This document shows positions 48,640 through 61,722 of a DNA stretch of 64,000 nt, piece after piece. The notes beneath the pieces are model-generated. The model saw nothing but the letters and a program-made list of their open reading frames with translations. It was not told where the DNA came from and did no database searches. The translations under genes and the position numbers were made by a program. The DNA is from Eledone cirrhosa (lineage: Eukaryota): the NCBI GenBank assembly GCA_964016885.1, contig OZ024763.1, positions 9,982,001 through 10,046,000 of the forward strand, given 5' to 3'. Each line of letters opens with the position of its first letter. Position 1 is the first letter of the stretch.

Positions 48640-51540
48640 AAAGATGACACATCTTAGGGTTGGCACTCTGAGAGGTAGATCTGGTGAGATAGAGATGTTA
48701 GAGAGAAGACATGTGGATGTGTGCTGCGTGCAAGAGGTGAGATGAAGAGGTGCCTCAGCAAGGCTAATCACAAGCAAATAGCTTAGCTATAAGCTTTTCT
48801 GGGTAGCAAACTATGATGAGATAGGTGGGGTAGGCATTTTACTGGCCAAGAAGTGGACTGACAAGACAATAGAGGTAGTTAGAGTAAGTAATAGAATCAT
48901 TAAGATTAGATTAGTTGTAGGCAATAGACATCTGACAATCATCTCTACCTATGCTCCCCAAGTGGTCCTAGGTAAAGAAGAGAAGGACTGCTTTTACAAG
49001 CAACTTCTAGAGACAACCATAGTGACAGAGGACAGAGACCTAGTCATACTAGCAGGTGACTTCAATGGTCATGTTGGACAGCTCCAGGATGGATACACTG
49101 GGGTACATGGTGGTCATGGTTATGGCTCAAGACACAAAGGAGTGAGGCTTCTTGAATTTTGTGATGCAAGCGAACTAACCATTTGCAACACTAACTTCAG
49201 GAAAACTGCCAATCACCTAATAACCTACCAATCAGGCGAACACATAATCCAGATTGACTTCTTGCTAGTTAGGCAACAAGACAGACAGATGGTGTCAAAT
49301 ACTAAGGCACACCCCGGGAAAGAATGTACTCCCCAGCATAGGTTAGTTGTTAGTGACATCTCAATAAGCAAAAGACAAAATGAGACATACAGGAAGGTGT
49401 GGAATAGGAAAGTCTGGAAGCTAAAGGATCTTTCACTTAAATATAGGTTTAGGAAAGCCCTATAGGATGTGTATGATGAGCAAGAAGACGAATTAGAATT
49501 GTATGATATAGAAGATAACCGGAAGTTCTTACCAGACAACTTACTGCACACAACTGCAGAGACTTGTGGCTGGAACAAAGTTCCAACCAGACAGAGGGTG
49601 ACTTGGTGGTGGAACAGCACGGGAGATAAGGCCATTAAAGACAAAAGACAAACATGGAAGGATAGGAAAAATGTGGGTTGAGTAGAGACTGTTACTCAGC
49701 TGCTAAAAAAGATGCTAGATGTCAGGTATACATAGCACGCAGGGATGCTGAGAACAGGAGGTTTGCCAATGTTCTGTGACAAGAGGATCAGAGACATGAG
49801 GTGTTTCAGAGAGAATCAGGATGTTGTTGGAGATAAGTGTTTGAAATGATGCTGGTGTACTTAGCGTCACTGATGCTCAGAAAAAGGAGGCTTGGAAACG
49901 TCATTATGAGAGACTGATGAATGTTGTGAATGAATGGGAGAGAGAGAAATTAGACCCAACAAAGGGACCAGCTATTGAGATTGATGACTATAGGGTCAAG
50001 GAAACAATTAAAAAGATGAAAAGTGGTAAGGCCACTGGACCATCAGGGATAGTTGCTGAGATGTTGAAGGCATCAGAAGTAGGAACTAAACTAATTGCAC
50101 GCATAGTCAATTAAGTTATATATGGCCGAGTCACCCAAAGACTGGTGCAGCAGTATTCTTGTAAATTGTTACATAGGTAAAGGGGATGCTCTGGAGAGGA
50201 GTAATTACAGGGGCATAAAACTGATGGATCAGGTTATGAAAGTGACAGAAAGTTTGCTAGCATAACTAATTAGAGAAAGAGTCAAATTAGATGAGATGCA
50301 GTTTGGTTTTGTGCCTAGTGAGACAACTACAAGAGAGGTTCTTAGAGAAGAATAAGCCACTACATTTAGCTTTTGTTGACCTGGAGAAGGCCTTTGATAG
50401 AGTACCCCGATCTGTCATCAGGTGGTCCTAAAGGAAACTAGGTGTAGAGGAATGGCTTGTGAGGACAGTGCAAGCTATGTACAGGGTGCTATTGGTAAAG
50501 TGAGGGTAGGAATGGAGTTTAGTGAGGAATTCCAGATACAAGTAGGAGTTCATCAAGGTTCAGTCCTCAGCCCACTCTTATTCATTATAGTTCTCCAAGC
50601 CATAACAGAGGAGTTTAACCCTTTAATGTTCAAACCGGCCAGAATTCTCTACCTTCTTGTGTTGAAACTGGCTCTAACTGGTCACACAAACTGATGTTAA
50701 GGTATTGTTCTCAAAATAAATACTTTCAAATCTCATAGATTCGATATTATGTGAGATAAAGCATTTACCATGAAAATATAATAGTATATATAGAGTAATG
50801 TGAATGCTAAAGGGTTAAAACTGGCTGTCCAAGGGAACTTCTCTATGCTGACGATCTGGTTCTTATAACAGAGCTAGAGAATAAATTCCAACTGGAAACA
50901 GCAGTTGGAATCAATAGGACTGAGAGTGAAATTAGTAAAGACAAAAGTATTGATAAGTAGGAAAGAGGACATGACTCTGATTCCATCAGGGAAATGGCCA
51001 TGTTCGATATGTAGAAAAGGAGTTGGCATAAACTCTATAGAATGTTCACAATGCAGATCTTGGGTACACAAAGAGGCGAAGTGGGATAGCAGGCAAACTA
51101 ACAGGAAGGGAAAACTTCATATGTAGTAGATGTTCAGGGAAAATTAATAGTAGAAGTGTCAGTAATAGACACATTTTTCAAATGCAGGTAGGATCTATAG
51201 AGGTGGTTGATAGCTTCCAATATCTAGGTGATCAGATTAGCAAGGGAGGAGAATGCCTCAAAGCCATTGTATTTAGAATAAGGACAGGATGGAAGAAGTT
51301 TAGGGAGCTGCTTCCTCTGTTAACAACAAAGGGTTTCTCCCTATTAATGAAAGGTCAGTTGAGGTGCATGAACGACCAAGCAATGATAAGTTGAAAGAGA
51401 AACTGTATAAAAGGAATAAACTGTAGTGTGTAGGAGAGAAGACTATGTTGGTATGACCATGTGATGCACATGGATGATGACAGCTGGGTGAAGAAGTGGC
51501 AAGAAATCCCAGAGGAAATGACGAAGGACTGCGATGAGTG
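48640..51540 (+). mobile_element. RTE-clade LINE, nearly complete but degraded ORF (APE endonuclease plus RT)
   Basis: APE motifs 'DVCCVQEVR', 'YAPQ', 'GDFNGHVG', 'QIDFLL', 'QHRLVV'; RT motifs 'GVHQGSVLSPLLF' and 'YADDL'; many stops and frameshifts. Confidence 0.9.
50619..50814 (+). mobile_element. piggyBac-type MITE with TTAA target duplication (family copies at ~6843-7019, 17570-17760, 17976-18171, 40112-40304)
   Basis: CCCTTT...AAAGGG ends flanked by TTAA on both sides. It splits the RTE sequence GAGTTTAA|..ACTGG that is contiguous at ~25070. Confidence 0.8.
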
Positions 51541-52310
51541 GAGAGATGCTGTGTTGAATAGGACCCGTCCCACCCTGGCAAGCAGAGAAAAATAGGACAT
51601 AAAATAATTGTTTCTACTTTAGGCACAAGGCCAGCAATTACCCAGTACATTACTGGTACTTTATTTTATAATGAAGATGATATATATATATATTATAACT
51701 AGCTAATTTATTACTAACCCCTTTACTTACTGTCTAGCTAGCTAACTTACTCTTAGATGTCTATTAACTTATGACTAGCTGTCTAACTTGTTTACTTACT
51801 AAAGACTGTCAGACTCTATATATAATATATATATGTATGTCTGTCTTTCTCCCCCTCCCTCTCTCGCTATATCTATCTAATAACTGTTTCTATTATTGGC
51901 ACAAGGCCAGCATTATCCCAGTGTATCACTGGTACTTTATTTTATCGACCCCGTACTAATAACAGTCGACAAATAGATAGATAGACAAACAAATGGTAGA
52001 ACTGATCGATAGAGAGGGAGAGAAAAAGAGAAAGGACTGATAGATAGAGATAGACAGATAAATAGATAGCTGAGGCTCTGTGTTCACCACTTCATTCCTT
52101 CTTTACCCACATCCTCAGCAGACACACACAGCACTTTCACCAACCCTACCCTGCCCCGCTCTTTCTCTTCAAACACAAAGTTAGCGACATCAGTTACAGG
52201 GTTAAAAAAGGTCGCGTTTTCTAGTCATTACAAAGGCTGGTTGGTGGTAGGTAGGGAGAGGTGATGATGAAGGTAATGAATACCTGCATACAAAACGGAA
52301 AAAATAATTT

Positions 52311-52384
52311 TGGCCAGTATGGGGCTCGAACCCACGACATTCGCGTTATTAGCACGACGCTCTAACCAACTGAGCTAACCGGCC
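52311..52384 (-). tRNA. tRNA-Ile (anticodon AAT)
   Basis: GGCCGGTTAGCTCAGTTGGTTAGAGCGTCGTGCTAATAACGCGAATGTCGTGGGTTCGAGCCCCATACTGGCCA forms a full cloverleaf with A/B boxes and a downstream oligo-T Pol III terminator. Confidence 0.95.
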
Positions 52385-52789
52385 AGCTGCTGCCAATGAT
52401 GTTTTACTATTGATTTACACGAAAGATTAAGGTTCATTTTAGAGTAAAGTATTGACTGCTGCTGTATGTGTGCTCATTATTTAAGCCCCATAAAGTACCC
52501 GTAATACACTGGGTATTTGCTGGCCTTGTGTCAAAAGTAGAAACAATTATTTAAGTCCCATAAACCTTGCGATTCGGCAAATGGAAATCGATCAAGTTTT
52601 AGAATGAGTACTGGGTTCAATTTCATTGTCTAAACTTTTTACTTCGGTGCCAATGGTTCCATAATGGTTCAAAACTTGCAAAAGAATATAAAGATAAAAT
52701 AGTGTGTAGGGAACACACACGAAGGCAGTCATGTTAGAGATGCCTACTGACTGTAGTAGGTTTTACTTTGTATTTAGGTAAGGCGGGTC

Positions 52790-53000
52790 TTCTCTATTAC
52801 TGTGTAGCGCCAAAGATCTCGGTCCAGTGACGTTGTCTTGGAGAGGTGTGTGTGAGATCGGAATTTATCAAGTCGTCCCAGGTTTTTCTGGGTCTGCCTA
52901 CTCTGTGGCTACCGTCTATTTTTATTGCCCTGCACTTTTTTTTATACAGCTGTCGTCTTCCATGCGCATCACGTGACCATACCAATGTAGTCTTCTCTCG
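52790..53000 (-). mobile_element. RTE LINE extreme 3' fragment between the tRNA genes
   Basis: 'CRAIKIDGSHRVGRPRKTWDDLI'. Confidence 0.75.
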
Positions 53001-53057
53001 AGTAATCTTTATATATTCTAATATATTATATATATATATAATATATAAACTAATTAC

Positions 53058-53138
<81 letters not shown>

Positions 53139-53174
53139 TTATAAACTAATTTACAAAAAAAAGAAAAAAATCAT

Positions 53175-53248
53175 TGGCCAGTATGGGGCTCGAACCCACG
53201 ACATTCGCGTTATTAGCACGACGCTCTAACCAACTGAGCTAACCGGCC
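53175..53248 (-). tRNA. tRNA-Ile (anticodon AAT), second identical copy
   Basis: Identical 74-nt sequence; downstream T-tract at 53155-53170. Confidence 0.95.
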
Positions 53249-53584
53249 AGCTGATGAAAATCTTTACAAGTTAATTTTATATACCAACAGTCATTCTACA
53301 TATATTATGTATAGACTATTGTACAATCTTGGAGTATAGCGTACCGTTTTCGCATTAGTTAATGTAAAATTCCTTCTCTACAGGGATTTTCTAGCAGTAA
53401 TTTACTAGTTTTCACTTTTGCTGCCTTCGTGAATAATTTCTATTTGGTAAATTTATAAATCTACTCGCGTTCGAGACAAAATTATTTTTTTTCCTAGTGT
53501 ATTTTTTCTTTCTTTTCATGTGTTTTCAACGACCAAACTCATCTGATAACTCGGTGAAACGAGCTGCTAACGAAGAAAAAACGT

Positions 53585-53987
53585 GGCACTACAACGCTAT
53601 TAGCTGCCAGTCCAGTGGAAAACAGGCGAAGATGACGTCACTCGTCAACATCGTTTATTTCCGTATTACTACCACGCGTAAGTGGAGTTTTCACGCGGTT
53701 TTTTGAGAGAGAGAGGGAAGAGGAGAGATAGGGAAGAGAGAGAGAGAGGGAAGACTTAAAAGGGCCAAATTAGAAAACAAATAGAAAAAACAAATAGAAA
53801 ACAAGTCATGGTTATAAAGCATATCGATGTAAGTGAAGTTACTTAAATGAAAATATAGGTGGCCCTTAAAAGGGCCAAATTAGAAAACAAATTTAAGTTA
53901 ATTAGAAAACAAGTCATTCATAAATTTAAGTTTTATAATCAAATTTTTTTCACCAACAAATATGACAGCTAATAGCGTTGTAGTGCC
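53585..53987. mobile_element. Putative MITE with 22-bp perfect inverted ends
   Basis: GGCACTACAACGCTATTAGCTG at 53585-53606 and its reverse complement at 53966-53987; internal 28-bp direct repeat. Confidence 0.5.
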
Positions 53988-54039
53988 CGCAATTCTGTAT
54001 CTTTACGTATATTGCGCATAAATATGGATGGATGGATGT

Positions 54040-57000
54040 ATGTATGTGTGTGTTGACTTGTTCTTCTTTTTGGTAAATATCATCTTGGTTAAGAGAGTGG
54101 GACTGGCTTTGTGCAGTGCCTTTGCTCACTATAAAAGCTTCACGGCACAGGCATTGCTTTATATCTGGAGATCTCTCTGCACTTATCATCACATGGTACC
54201 ATGGGCCCAGCACTATGTGTCAATAATTGTCACAAGTGTAGTGTTTGTACCAGAGTTTTCATGTCACAGGCTGAACTAAAAAGTCACACTCGTTCAGCGC
54301 ATCGGTAGGGGTTCTCCTACATGGATATAAAGTAGTGGCCGTACTCGAAAACGAGTTGGCAGCCACCATACATGTATGTATGTATGGATGGATGTATGTA
54401 TGTGTGTATACATGTATGTATGGATGGATGGATGTATGTATGGATGTATGCATGTATGTATACATGTATATATGTAAGTATGTATGTATATGTGTATATA
54501 TGTATGTATGTATATATGTATGTATATGTATATGTGTATGTATGTGTATATGTATGTATATGTATATATGTATGTATGTGTATATGTATGTATATGTGTG
54601 TATGTATATGTATGTATGTATGTATATGTGTGTATGTATATGTATGTATATGTGTATATGTATGTGTATGTATGTATATGTATGTATGTATGTATGTATA
54701 TGTATGTATGTATATGTGTGTATGTATATGTATATGTATGTATGTATATGTGTATGTATGTGTATATGTATGTATGTATATATGTATGTATGTATATGTG
54801 TATGTATGTATATATGTATGTATGTGTATATGTATGTATGTATATGTGTATGTATGTATATATGTATGTATGTGTATATGTATGTATGTGTGTGTATGTA
54901 TATGTATATATGTATGTATATGTGTGTATGTATATATATGTGTGTATGTATGTATGTGTGTATGTATGTATATGTGTGTGTATGTATGTATATGTATGTA
55001 TGTATGTATATATATATGTATGTATGTATATATATGTATATATGCGTGTATGTGTGTGTATATGTATATGTACGTGTATGTATATATGCATGTATATGCC
55101 GGGAGAGATGACCCCTTAGCCTTTGTCAAGGCAGAATTCTAGGAGAAGGAAAACTCTGATATAACACCTGCAACCCTGATGGTATCCAATGATGTTGACC
55201 TGTTCTTCTTTTTGGTAAATATCATCTTGGTTAAGAGAGTGGGACTGGCTTTGTGCAGTGCCTTTGCTCACTATAAAAGCTTCACAGCACAGGCATTGCT
55301 TTATATCTGGAGATCTCTCTGCACTTGTCATCACATGGTACCATGGGCCCTGCACTATGTGTCAATAATGGTCACAAGTGTAGTCTTTATACCAGAGTTT
55401 TCAAGTCGCTGGCTGGACTAAAGTGACATTCGTTCAGCGCATCGGTAGGGGTTCTCCTACATGGATATAAAGTAGTGGCCGTACTCGAAAACGAGTTGGC
55501 AGCCACCATATATGTAAGTATATACATGTATACTATGTCAGGTCACCAGTTGGTGCTACTGGTAACATGTATCCCAGTTCAACCTGTCTCATGGTCGGGT
55601 CGTTGGCGACTAAACTGGCAACCCCACCAAGGTTTCTTGGTGAGGAGGGTGACTTTGGACATCCTGCAGGACTAAAAACAAAACCTGTCAAAGGGCAAAG
55701 GAACTCTTAAGAGTCAATGGCCATCCAAAATCACCGGGAGAGATGACCCCTTAGCCTTTGTCAAGGCAGAATTCTAGGAGAAGGAAAACTCTGATATAAC
55801 ACCTGCAACCCTGATGGTATCCAATGATGTTGACTTGTTCTTCTTTTTGGTAAATATCATCTTGGTTAAGAGAGTGGGACTGGCTTTGTGCAGTGCCTTT
55901 GCTCACTATAAAAGCTTCACGGCACAGGCATTGCTTTATATCTGGAGATCTCTCTGCACTTGTCACATGGTGCCATGAGCCTAGCACTATGTGTCAATAA
56001 TTGTCACAGGTGTAGTGTTTGTACCAGAGTTTTCAAGTCGCTGGCTGGACTAAAAAGTCACACTTGTTTAGTGCATCGGTAGGGGTTCTCCTACATGGAT
56101 ATAAAGTAGTGGCCATACTCGAAAACGAGTTGGCAGCCACCATGTAAGTATGTATGCGTGTATGAGAACAACTGGAAGGACTTCAGGAACTCGGTCTATG
56201 AGGCTTCAGCAGAGGTCCTTGGCTTTGTCACAAGAAAACAAGGACTGGTTTGATGAGAATGACCAGGAGGTCAAGGCTCTGCTAGACAGAAAACAAAAGG
56301 CACTTGATGCAGTTCTTAAAGGTGGTAGCTCTGTTGGTGACAATTATGAGTGTTACAGACAGGTAAAGAAGGAAATGCAGGTGAAACTCAGGGCTATGCA
56401 AAATACCTGGTGGAGCAACAAAGCAGATGAAGTTCAAGTGGCATCTGACGGCAACAATGTGAAACTGCCGCACTTTCTACTCACAGAGGTGTATGGCCCT
56501 TTCAGCTCTCCAGTGTCCCCTTTGAGATCAAAAGATGGCAAGCAATTACTGCGCGACCCGAAAGACACTCGACAGATAGAGAGATCACTTTGATGAGCTC
56601 TTAAACCAACCACCCCAGGTTGATGATGATTTCATTTGTTCCATTCCTATTGAACCAGTGAAGCATATGAGATGGCTAATGTATCTTCTCTTGCAGAGGG
56701 GACTTCTGTTGTGCATAAGCTGAACTGTGGTAAGTCTCCTGGTATGGATGGTCTGAGTGGAGCGGTTTGGAAGTGTGGTGGTGAAAACTTCAGACAGCGC
56801 CTGACTGACCTCATGAAAATGGTGTGGGAAGATGGGAATGTCCCACAAGAAGGATGCGCTCATGGTGATTCTCCATAAAGGAAAGGACGGCAAGGACAAA
56901 TGTGGCAATTATCATATCATATCCCTTCTTTCAGTAGTTGGTAAAGTCGTGTCGAATATTGATGGATAGATTGATCCCAAGAGTTGCTCTGAATGTGTTG

Positions 57001-58205
57001 CCTGAGTCGCAGTGTGGGTTCAGAAACGAAAGAGGAACAGTGGATATGATCGTTTCTACTCGGCAGCTGCAAGAAAAGTGTATCGAACAATGTATGGACC
57101 TTTACCAGGTCTTTGTTGACTTGACAAAGGCCTTTGACACTGTCAATCGAACTGCGTTGTGGGAAAAAAATCCAAGGTAGGGTAGAAGATTCTGCATCTT
57201 TTCCATGATGACATGAAGGCTTTGGTCAGTTTTGGTGGTAGCATCTCTGAACCAATATCAGTTGAAAATGGAGTGAAGCAGGGGGACATTCCGGCTCCAA
57301 CTCTGTTTTCCTTATATTTTACAATAGTGTTTCTCATGGCATTCAAATATTGTTCTCATGGGGTTTACATCAGGTATCGGGCGATGGCAATACTTGAACA
57401 CGAGTTTGCAGCCATCATGTAGTATGTATGTATGTATGTCGGGTCACTCTTGAGTGCTATTGGTAACATGTAACCAAGTACAACCTGTCGCATGGTCGGG
57501 TCATCGGCGACTAAACCGGCAACCCCACCAAGTTTACTTGGTGAGGAGGTGATTTTGGACACCCTGCAGGACAAAAGACAAAACCTGACAAAGGGCGGAA
57601 GATCTCATAAGAGTCAACGGCCATCCAAAAGTGTGTAAATATGTATATACACATGTACATATGTATGTATATGTATATGTGTATATACATGGGTGCATGT
57701 GTATGTACATGCGCGGGAACAGAAATAATTGGGCTGGACACCCGATCGCGCGGTCAAACCACTGGGAGTGAAGGACCCCTAGCCTTTGTCAGGGCATTCT
57801 TCTAGGAGAAGGCAACTCAGGAAACTGGGATAACTCCGATATAAAACCTGCGGCTCAGTAGTTACCGATGATGTTGATATTTTATTCTTTTCGGGTTATA
57901 GCTACTGTCGCTCAGAGAGTGGGATTGGCTCAGTGCACAGTCTTTCCTCATTTAAAAAAATATCTTCATGCACAGGCATTGCACGATAGAATTAATTAAT
58001 TGTTTCTACTTTTGGCACAAGGCCAGCAATTACCCCTACTACATTACTGGTACTTTATTTTATCGACCCCGTAAGGATGAAAGGCAAAGTTAACCTAGGC
58101 GGGATTTGAACTCAGAATGGCAAGGGCCGTAGAATTAATTAATAATTATTAATAATGGTATATCGTGCAATGGCCATACTCGATAATGAGGGGGCAGCCA
58201 TCATG
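54040..58205 (+). mobile_element. Cluster of non-autonomous RTE-derived elements with a 3' stem-loop and (TATG)n tails, plus a BovB-like RT fragment (56163-57415)
   Basis: Three near-identical ~320-420 bp units end in GTGGCC(G/A)TACTCGAAAACGAGTTGGCAGCCAC plus a microsatellite; RT motifs 'LPESQCGFR', 'FVDLTKAFDTVNR', 'GVKQG..APTLF'. Confidence 0.75.
54370..55095. repeat. (TATG/TA/TG)n microsatellite; similar arrays at 13590-13910, 38570-38775, 58720-58975, 63120-63465 and 63880-64000
   Basis: Simple repeats seen directly. Confidence 0.95.
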
Positions 58206-59345
58206 TATGCATGCATGCATGTATATATGTGTGTGTGTGTGTATATATATGTGTGTGTGTGTGTGCGTGTGTGTATATATATATATATATATATGTGCAT
58301 GTGGGTGTGTATATATATATTTCCATATACATATTTATTCAGCTGATATAGGCTGGATTGGTTGGAATATTCTGACGCGAATTCTTTCTGCTCTATTAAA
58401 TCGAAACAAATCTTGACTTTTTACTTGAGGTTTTCTATATAAGAGACCGGGAGACCATGTTGATACTATGAAGGCCATTTGTCCTAAGCCGCTTGGACTA
58501 TTGCTCCCAGCTGTGGTCACCCCATAGTATCAAACTAACCACAGAACTTGAGACAATCCAACGAAGCTACACCAAGAGGATTGCATGATGAAGGAGATTT
58601 AAATTTCCACTTTGATTAAAATGATGGTCATTGAAGTGTTTACTTACTCAGATCCTTTGAAATAACTTTCTTTCTCTTACTGTAACTGGACATACCTACG
58701 AAATAGAAAACAGTCGAATAGACAGTGGTGTGGTGTGGTGTAGTATAGTGGAGTGTGGTTTAGTGTAGTGGACAGTGGTGTGGTGTAGTGTAGTGGAGTA
58801 TGGTTTAGTGTAGTGGGCAGTGGTGTGGTGTAGTGGAGTGTGGTGGAGTGTGGTGGAGTGGAGTGTGGTTCAATGTAGGGTGGGGGATATGGTGTAGTGG
58901 AGTGTGGTAGCATGTGGTGTGATGGCATGTGATGTGATGTGGCGTGGCGTGGTGAAATGTGATGTGATGTGATGAGAATAGACGTTAAATGGTGATGATG
59001 ATATGTATGTATGTTCTGAGCTGTTTCTATTTCAAAATCATCCCTTTGCCTATTACTGGTACATATCCAACCAAAGCTTAATTAATTTTGCAGGGAACAA
59101 AGGTTGCATTGAATTAAATAAACTGCGAGACGAAATATGTCCGGGACTGGGGGTGGGGGTGAGTTCATTTCATTTACATGTCAAAATGTAGTTTTCCCTT
59201 TCCATACATTTGTATTCATTGATATATACATTCTAAAACACACATATATCCTTACACCAGGAGAAAACTGCCCTCCAGGCGGTATTTCAGCTGGTAGGTA
59301 TGCGTATATATATATATATATATATACACATACCTACCAGCTGAA

Positions 59346-59381
<36 letters not shown>

Positions 59382-61688
59382 TGTGTGTATACAACACTCA
59401 CATATATATATATATCATACACACATATATATATATACACATACATGTATTTTTGTGTGTGTGTCTGTGTGGAGGAGGCTGCCCTGAGATTAAGAAAGCG
59501 GGAGTTGTCTTATAAAAAACTTGTTCAATCCAGTTTAGACTTGTAACGTAACACAGGTGTAACGTTGCAGACAAACAGCAGCACACACAATGTTTGCCTA
59601 ATTAATACTTACCGTTAATAACCTTTCACCTTTTTTCTACCTGCCTTCCTATACAGGTAAGACGATGAATTGGCGGAGTAGTTTAGCTGTTGGAATAAAA
59701 TATCTCAACACTGAGTTCAAATCCTGCCGGGGTCAGCTTACCTTACTTTTTTTTGTGATTGATTCTTCCTCTATTTCTCTTTAGATCAGACTTTCTCTCT
59801 CTTCAACTCACCCCCTCCCTCTCTCCTCTGTCTCACCCTCCAGCTCCAACCCCTCGTCCCCTCTATCTATCTATCTATAATTTCGGGGTGAGGGATGAGG
59901 GTTAGTTACATAACCTACCAGTCCAACAGAGGTGGTGGATTGGTGGAATTGTTACAGAATTGACCAGGTTCTGCGTGTTCTGGGTTCAAATTCTGCCTCT
60001 TTCTGCCAGTTGAAAATTCTTGGGGGATAGTATCAACAATAGAAAGACCAATGGAAACATTCCTTCTTTGGCCAGACTGCCTGGGCTGTGGGCTGTGTAT
60101 ATATAATATAAGATCAAAAGATGGTTAAAAGAGTTCCAAGTCTTTTATTATGCGCATTTCAAAAACATATTTGCATTGCTTTATTGTGCTACAATAAAAC
60201 TCACCTCCTACATATATATATATATATATATATGTGTGTGCAGGTATCATCATCATCATCATTTCATTTTACGTCCGCTTTTTTCCTTGCTTGCAAGGGT
60301 GGGACAGGAACTGATTCTGGCTTGATTTCTACAGCTGGATGCCCTTCCTAACACCAACCTCATTTACAGTGAGTGCTGGGTGTTTTTTTTTTTTGCAGTG
60401 GAATGATAGGGACCCCCAGTCCTATCATCTCATCTTATTTATACAGCTGAGTAAACTGGAGCAATGTGAAAAAAATAAAGTGTCTTGCTCAAGGACACAA
60501 TACATTACCCGGTCTGAGAATTGAATTCACAACCTTTCGATTGCAAGGCCAATGCTCTAACCACTAAGCCATGTGCCTCCATATATATATATATACATAC
60601 ATATATATATGTATACATATATTTATATATACATATATATATGTATACATATATTTATATATACATATATATATGTATACATACATACATATATATATAT
60701 GTATACATACATATATGTATGTATACGGCCGTTAATATGCATACAACACACACACACAAAAACAAGATCGCGTAGGACAGAACAAAGGAGAGGCACAAAA
60801 ACAAAGAAAAGAATCCCCAGTCACTGAAGAGGTCACAGAATGTGTGACGAAAGAACTTTGAGAATATATAAACAATCATCTGGTTGTGGAACCAACCAAC
60901 CAACTGGAAATTTATAAATTCCTAAATTTATAAATTTATTATAATAAATTGAAGTGAAAGCAACTGGTGCATGTGTTTCTTATTGGCAACATGACCCTCC
61001 CAAAGTATAACAATATCGGCTTCAACACACGTTTTAAGATAAAGAATCTTGCTAAACAAATTCAGAAACGAAATATATTTATATATATATATATATATAA
61101 ATAAATATACACGTATGTGTATGATTGTGTATAGAAGATTATATTAATAAAAGGAATTCCAACTTTGTCTGATTTACTCGTTTTATTTGATTTACTAGCG
61201 TTAATTGAACAAGTACTTTCATACCTTCGCAATCCTCAGGTTCATATTCAGTGGTGACACTTGAGAGTAGTCAATGCAGCTAGAAGCTGCAAAGTTGCTG
61301 GTCGCCCTCTTGTCTCTGATTTAAACACCATGGATTTTTATCTGTTATATTCCTTCGTTATATTTTGAATACCTGATGATTTCATACCGAATCCCGGTCA
61401 TTGAAATGATCATAGTATAATAAACCTTTCAAGGATTTACACCAGTCCAGTTTCCTGTTATTTTCTAATAATTAATTCCGTACTCGCACCACTAACTACA
61501 CTAACGAAGACGGGTGAGTTGCATTACATTGAGTGCTTTCCATAACATTACATCATGGTTGACTACACAGAATGACCAATTCTATCCAGTGGTGAACCAA
61601 CAAACCAAATAAATATATATATACATATATATGTATATATATATATATATGTATACATATATATTTATGTGTATATATATATTTATAC

Positions 61689-61721
<33 letters not shown>

Positions 61722-61722
61722 T

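Noticed and set aside
54294-55142. Several 200-270 aa ORFs on both strands
   Set aside because: Artefacts of a (TATG)n microsatellite.
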